Source: Alphaproteobacteria bacterium
GTDB lineage: Bacteria; Pseudomonadota; Alphaproteobacteria; JANSWW01
Reading direction: 5' to 3'
Length of the DNA stretch: 64,000 bases
Assembly (NCBI GenBank): GCA_024743275.1
Contig: JANSWW010000001.1
Location: forward strand, 414,300 to 478,299
The position numbers and the translations under genes are program-made. Shown piece after piece: positions 60,048 through 64,000 of the stretch (positions are counted from its first letter, which is position 1; the number at the start of each line of letters is the position of its first letter). Below the pieces are notes generated by a model. That model was not told the DNA's origin, did no database searches, and saw only the letters and a program-made list of their open reading frames with translations.

Positions 60048-61193
60048 CTAGACCTTCTCCAGGGCGATATACTGCTGCCCCCTGCCGAACCACTCCCGGA
60101 ACCCGTCGTCCAAAGCCCGGAAATCCGGATTGGACGGGTTGCTGAAACACCGCCGATAGGCCTTGATCGCTTTGGAGGTCTGCGGGAACTCCATCTCGAT
60201 CAGGGCATTGATCCGCCCGGCGAGGTCGCAGACTTTCCGGATACCCTGATCGCGATTTCCATCAACCGACCAGGCGTCGAAATGAGCGTGAAACACGTCC
60301 TCGGCCAACGCTTCGATCTCATCGGTGACGGCACCGATGCGTGGGGAGAACGCGTCGATCCTGTAGTCGATGAGATGGGGCTGCAGCAAGGCTAGCGCCG
60401 CGGCCGCCCGGTCGTTCCGAGCCTCCGAAGCCCGGTCGATCTGCTTGTACCAGCGCCAGTCCACCGTCATCGACGGGCTGGTGCCGAGCACAACGGCATC
60501 CTCCCCGACGGCCTTCAGGTGATTTTGGAGCGGAAACACCATGTTCCGCGGAAAGGGAAACTGGATATTGTCCAGCACCCAATCCGCCGGAAGGCGTTTC
60601 ATCCCCGGCAAACCCGCGAGGTCAGGCGCGAAGAAACGGGCAAGCTTGGCGGTCTGCTCCTCGAACGGATCGCCTGTCCCGCACTGCCAAAAACGCATGG
60701 CCCGTCTGAGAATCTCCGCCAACATGCTGGTGTAGCAGGTCGCGGTCATCACAACGACACCGCCCGGTGTCGCGAAATCGAGGACCTTGCGCACCGAGCG
60801 GGCCGGATCGTCCTGGCCCGGAATAACGCCCTCGCAGATCACGATGTCGAAGGCGCCGCTCAGCCCATCGACCGCGTTGAAGTCCGATTCGACGATTTCG
60901 ACCGGTACATCGCCGTAGAGTCCCTGGGCGTTCTTATCCCGAACGGTGGCGACGGACGCCGCGTTGCCTTCGATGAAGGTGACCTTGGAAACGCCGAGAT
61001 AGGGATACACCAGACCGTTATCGCCCGTTCCCGGACCGATCTCGAGAACCGATGCCCCGCGAAAGGCGAGCCGGTTGACCCCCAGCGTCCGATAGAGCCA
61101 GCGGCGACGGGCGAGATGATCGCCGAAATCGGTGATGTCCTGATGGACCGGAATGATCTGATGGCTCCCGTAAAACCGCAGAAACTCGGACAT
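60048..61193 (-). CDS. Class I SAM-dependent methyltransferase with a long C-terminal domain
   Basis: VLEIGPGTG (motif I), FDIVICEG, TPGGVVV. Confidence 0.85.
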   Translation of the reverse strand: MSEFLRFYGSHQIIPVHQDITDFGDHLARRRWLYRTLGVNRLAFRGASVLEIGPGTGDNGLVYPYLGVSKVTFIEGNAASVATVRDKNAQGLYGDVPVEIVESDFNAVDGLSGAFDIVICEGVIPGQDDPARSVRKVLDFATPGGVVVMTATCYTSMLAEILRRAMRFWQCGTGDPFEEQTAKLARFFAPDLAGLPGMKRLPADWVLDNIQFPFPRNMVFPLQNHLKAVGEDAVVLGTSPSMTVDWRWYKQIDRASEARNDRAAAALALLQPHLIDYRIDAFSPRIGAVTDEIEALAEDVFHAHFDAWSVDGNRDQGIRKVCDLAGRINALIEMEFPQTSKAIKAYRRCFSNPSNPDFRALDDGFREWFGRGQQYIALEKV

Positions 61194-61391
61194 CTCGATT
61201 CGACCTCTTATCCCGGCATCCCGACTTCTCTCAGGCCGGTTCCATGCCCGGCTTTTCTTGCAATGGTCACGTTACCGCAGGTCCGCCGAATCGGTCGGTG
61301 GTTTTTGGGATGCAGACAGCGACCATCACCATTGTACAAACGGCTTGTAAGTGCCGGAGGCAATCGTCGCAGGTTTTCTGGTGGGAAAAAA

Positions 61392-61468
61392 TGGCGGGAG
61401 TGACGGGGCTCGAACCCGCGACCTCTGGCGTGACAGGCCAGCGCTCTAACCAACTGAGCTACACCCCC
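61392..61468 (-). tRNA. tRNA-Asp (GTC) with encoded CCA
   Basis: Minus strand GGGGGTGTAGCTCAGTTGGTTAGAGCGCTGGCCTGTCACGCCAGAGGTCGCGGGTTCGAGCCCCGTCACTCCCGCCA folds as a cloverleaf, 77 nt. Confidence 0.98.
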
Positions 61469-61522
61469 GTTTCACGTCCGGCGATCCGCCATCGGGGGCG
61501 GTCCAGCGCGTCGGGAAGCAGG

Positions 61523-61551
61523 GTTTTAGGAGGAAGCCTCACCTCTGTCAA
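61523..61551 (-). promoter_or_regulatory. Sigma70-type promoter for tRNA-Asp
   Basis: Minus strand TTGACA-17 nt-TAAAAC, about 55 nt upstream of the tRNA. Confidence 0.8.
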
Positions 61552-61601
61552 GCAAGGGAAATAGGTTTTGGACAGAAAAATGAAAGCGGCCTGTCCGCAC
61601 C

Positions 61602-62330
61602 CTATAACCGATAGCCCGAGGCCACGGCGTCCTCATGGAACATCGCCACGGTATCACGCGAGAACTCCTCGAGATCCCTCCCCAGGCTGGTCAGCTTTCC
61701 GCGCAGATCGTCGGTCAGGGTGATGATGTCGACGCCGGCCTCCGCGGCCTGAACCACATTCAGAACTTCTCGCGGGCTGGCCCAGAGCAGACGCACATCC
61801 GGATGGTCGGCGAACATATCTTTGGCCGCGCGCATGATCGGGACCGGGTCCATTCCGGTATCGGCGATACGCCCCGCGAAGACGGAAACGATGGCGGTGG
61901 CGTCCCTGGGAATGGTCCGGTGAAGCTGATCGAGCTGGGTCGGCGAGAAGACCGCGGTGGTGTTCACCTTGACGCCTGCCCGGCACAACGTCTCGATGAG
62001 CCCGACGGCACTCTCCCGCCGCGTCGACATGATCGGGATCTTGACGAAGACATGCTCGGCCCAGGAGGCGATTCGCCGGGCCTGCCTTTCCATTTCCGCG
62101 AACTCGTCGGAGATCACCTCGAAGCTCACCGGCTTGTCCGGAACGCGGGCGAGGACCGCTTTGGCGAAGTCCTCATAGTCGTCGATACCCGCTTTGCGCA
62201 TCAGCGTAGGATTGGTGGTGAACCCCCGGATCAACGGATTCCCGGCATCGCGCTCGATCGAACGCAGATCGGCGCCGTCCGCGAAAATGTCGATCCGTTG
62301 CGCGACGGTCTCGGCCGTCCAGGTGGTCAT
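61602..62330 (-). CDS. tal: Transaldolase, short form of the type found in polysaccharide clusters
   Basis: IFADGAD, GFTTNPTLM, FVKIP (Schiff-base Lys), SVFAGRIAD, LLWASPRE. Confidence 0.88.
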   Translation of the reverse strand: MTTWTAETVAQRIDIFADGADLRSIERDAGNPLIRGFTTNPTLMRKAGIDDYEDFAKAVLARVPDKPVSFEVISDEFAEMERQARRIASWAEHVFVKIPIMSTRRESAVGLIETLCRAGVKVNTTAVFSPTQLDQLHRTIPRDATAIVSVFAGRIADTGMDPVPIMRAAKDMFADHPDVRLLWASPREVLNVVQAAEAGVDIITLTDDLRGKLTSLGRDLEEFSRDTVAMFHEDAVASGYRL

Positions 62331-62333
62331 CAG

Positions 62334-63257
62334 TCACATCTCCCGCCATTTGGAGAGCAGCGTTGCAAGAGTGAGGCCATGTTCGGCTAGCAGGGCGTCT
62401 CGGGATCCGTACCGATGGATGAACCGGTCCTGCAGGGCGGCAACACCGATCCTGGGGCGCCTGTCGAGATCGTAGGCGAGGCTTCTGATCCTCTGGCCAA
62501 GACCGCCTGTCGCGACATGCTCCTCCAGGACGATCACGCGATCATGGGCCGACAGGTGGCCGCGCAAGCCCTCATGGTCGAGGGGTTTGAGCGTGTGGAC
62601 ATTGACGACGGTCGCGGGAACGCCGGTCTGTTCGGCGATGCGGTCAGAAAGGTCCATCGCGAGAGAAAGGATGGGGCCATAGCCGAGGATAACGGTACCG
62701 GCCCCGGCGCGCAGACAGCGCACCCGGCCGGGCACGAAGGGGTCCGTTGCTTCTTGGGTCAGAATCGGCTCCCCGGCCTTGCCGAGCCGAAGATAGGTCG
62801 GCCCTTCGGCCTCGGCGGCGAGAAACTCCGCGGCGTCCCCGGTCTCGGCGGGATCGCAGGGGGCGAGCACCCGCAACCCGGGGACGGCGGACGCCACGGC
62901 GATGTCATCCTGGGCCAGATGGGTCCCCCCCAGGGTCGAATAGGCGAGCCCACCCCCGATGCCCACGACCGTGACCGGCAATCCCTGATAGGCGAGGTCG
63001 TCCCGCACCATCTCGAACGGCCGAAACAGAGCGAACGTCGCGATCGTGTAAGCGAAGGGCCGCAGCCCCCGAAGCGCCATTCCCGCCGCCATGCCGATCA
63101 TGACCTGCTCCGCCACGCCGACATTGATGAACCGGTCGGGAAAGCGTTCGGCGAACTCCGACATCGCGCCCGCCGGCGAGATGTCCGCGACGACCATGGC
63201 GATCCGTGGATCGCGGCAGGCGATGTCGTAGATCGTTTGAGCGAACCGATTACGCAT
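62334..63257 (-). CDS. Transketolase-like protein, C-terminal (pyrimidine-binding) subunit
   Basis: FPDRFINVGVAEQ, YSTLGGTH, YLRLGK, TLKPLD, LEEH..GGLG. Confidence 0.9.
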   Translation of the reverse strand: MRNRFAQTIYDIACRDPRIAMVVADISPAGAMSEFAERFPDRFINVGVAEQVMIGMAAGMALRGLRPFAYTIATFALFRPFEMVRDDLAYQGLPVTVVGIGGGLAYSTLGGTHLAQDDIAVASAVPGLRVLAPCDPAETGDAAEFLAAEAEGPTYLRLGKAGEPILTQEATDPFVPGRVRCLRAGAGTVILGYGPILSLAMDLSDRIAEQTGVPATVVNVHTLKPLDHEGLRGHLSAHDRVIVLEEHVATGGLGQRIRSLAYDLDRRPRIGVAALQDRFIHRYGSRDALLAEHGLTLATLLSKWREM

Positions 63258-64000
63258 GGCGGGACGTCACCTCGGTCAGTTCGGAGAGCGCTTGGCCATA
63301 TTCCTCGGCACTGGGTGAGCGGTAATGCCAGATCGGCTCGTTCTCCATGAAGGAGACGCCGCGACCCTTCACCGTGCGTCCGACAAGCAGAAACGGCTTT
63401 TCCATGCTCCGCCGGGTCACCGCCTCATGGATCGCCGCGGCGTCATGGCCGTCCACCTCGGCGACCTCCCACCCGAACGCCCGCCATTTGTCCGCCACTG
63501 GATAGAAGGCGGGATGCAGGGCACTGGTCCGCCCGAGCCCCTGGAAGTCGTTGAGATCGAGATAGGCGATGACACTGGAAAGACCGAGATTGGCCGCCAT
63601 CATCACCGCTTCCCAACTGGACCCCTCCTGCATTTCGCCGTCGGAGAGGAGAACGTGGACCCGAGTGCTCCGGGATAGGATACGATCCGCCTGCGCCATC
63701 CCCACCGCCATTCCGAGGCCATGGCCGAGCGAACCGGTCGCCGCCGCGATTCCCGGGACCCCGTAGTCGGGATGGGCGCCGAGCCGCCCCTCCGCCGTGC
63801 AGTACAGATCTATATCCGCGTCGGAGAGGATGCCGAGATCGTTCAGGATGAGGTACTGGACGAGACAGCCATGCCCCTTGGACATGAGAAAAACGTCGTC
63901 GTCTTCGCTGCCGCGACGGTCCATCAGGCCGTAATAGATGGTGTCGGTCAGTTCGATGCAGGAGAAGGCCGGCGCAGCATGAAGGGCGCTCACCTTCTGC
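63250..64000 (-). CDS. Transketolase-like protein, N-terminal (TPP-binding) subunit; 5' end lies beyond the window
   Basis: MSKGHG, TGSLGHGLG, SDGEMQEGSSWEA, TVKGRGVSFME..WH; frame open to the window edge. Confidence 0.9.
   Translation of the reverse strand, partial: QKVSALHAAPAFSCIELTDTIYYGLMDRRGSEDDDVFLMSKGHGCLVQYLILNDLGILSDADIDLYCTAEGRLGAHPDYGVPGIAAATGSLGHGLGMAVGMAQADRILSRSTRVHVLLSDGEMQEGSSWEAVMMAANLGLSSVIAYLDLNDFQGLGRTSALHPAFYPVADKWRAFGWEVAEVDGHDAAAIHEAVTRRSMEKPFLLVGRTVKGRGVSFMENEPIWHYRSPSAEEYGQALSELTEVTSRHA

Noticed and set aside
59773..60150. Cys-rich repeat ORFs (CAGCAQGVRRV) across the 11-bp array
   Set aside because: Translation artefacts of the DNA repeat; no RBS support, and they overlap the methyltransferase end

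Overview
GC-rich chromosomal window from an alphaproteobacterium, probably Rhodospirillales-like (inferred from the nuoA-N/birA/coaX/rnj/mce/DUF1467 gene order, recO-parC, alpha-type CheZ and CtrA-like boxes). The right half is mostly core genome: the complete complex I operon, parC, recO, gcdH, motAB, a TRAP transporter and tRNA-Asp, followed by a methyltransferase, a transaldolase and a split transketolase that look like the edge of a glycan-biosynthesis locus. The left ~25 kb is a mosaic of accessory genes. No integrase, transposase, phage gene, CRISPR array or rRNA is visible. The best leads are: (1) a 1411-aa RTX/LamG protein carrying two copies of an unrecognised His-rich module; (2) a two-gene, inverted-order photolyase with four candidate Fe-S cysteines; (3) a structured orphan ncRNA candidate at ~40.6-40.8 kb with its own terminator; (4) a FitAB/VapBC toxin-antitoxin pair with a helically phased operator, sitting 3 bp in front of recO-parC; (5) a seryl-tRNA synthetase that does not look alphaproteobacterial; (6) an amidohydrolase with altered metal ligands coupled to a VanX-like peptidase; (7) short tandem arrays at both ends of the nuo superoperon. 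All calls come from reading motifs by eye; no database searches were run.
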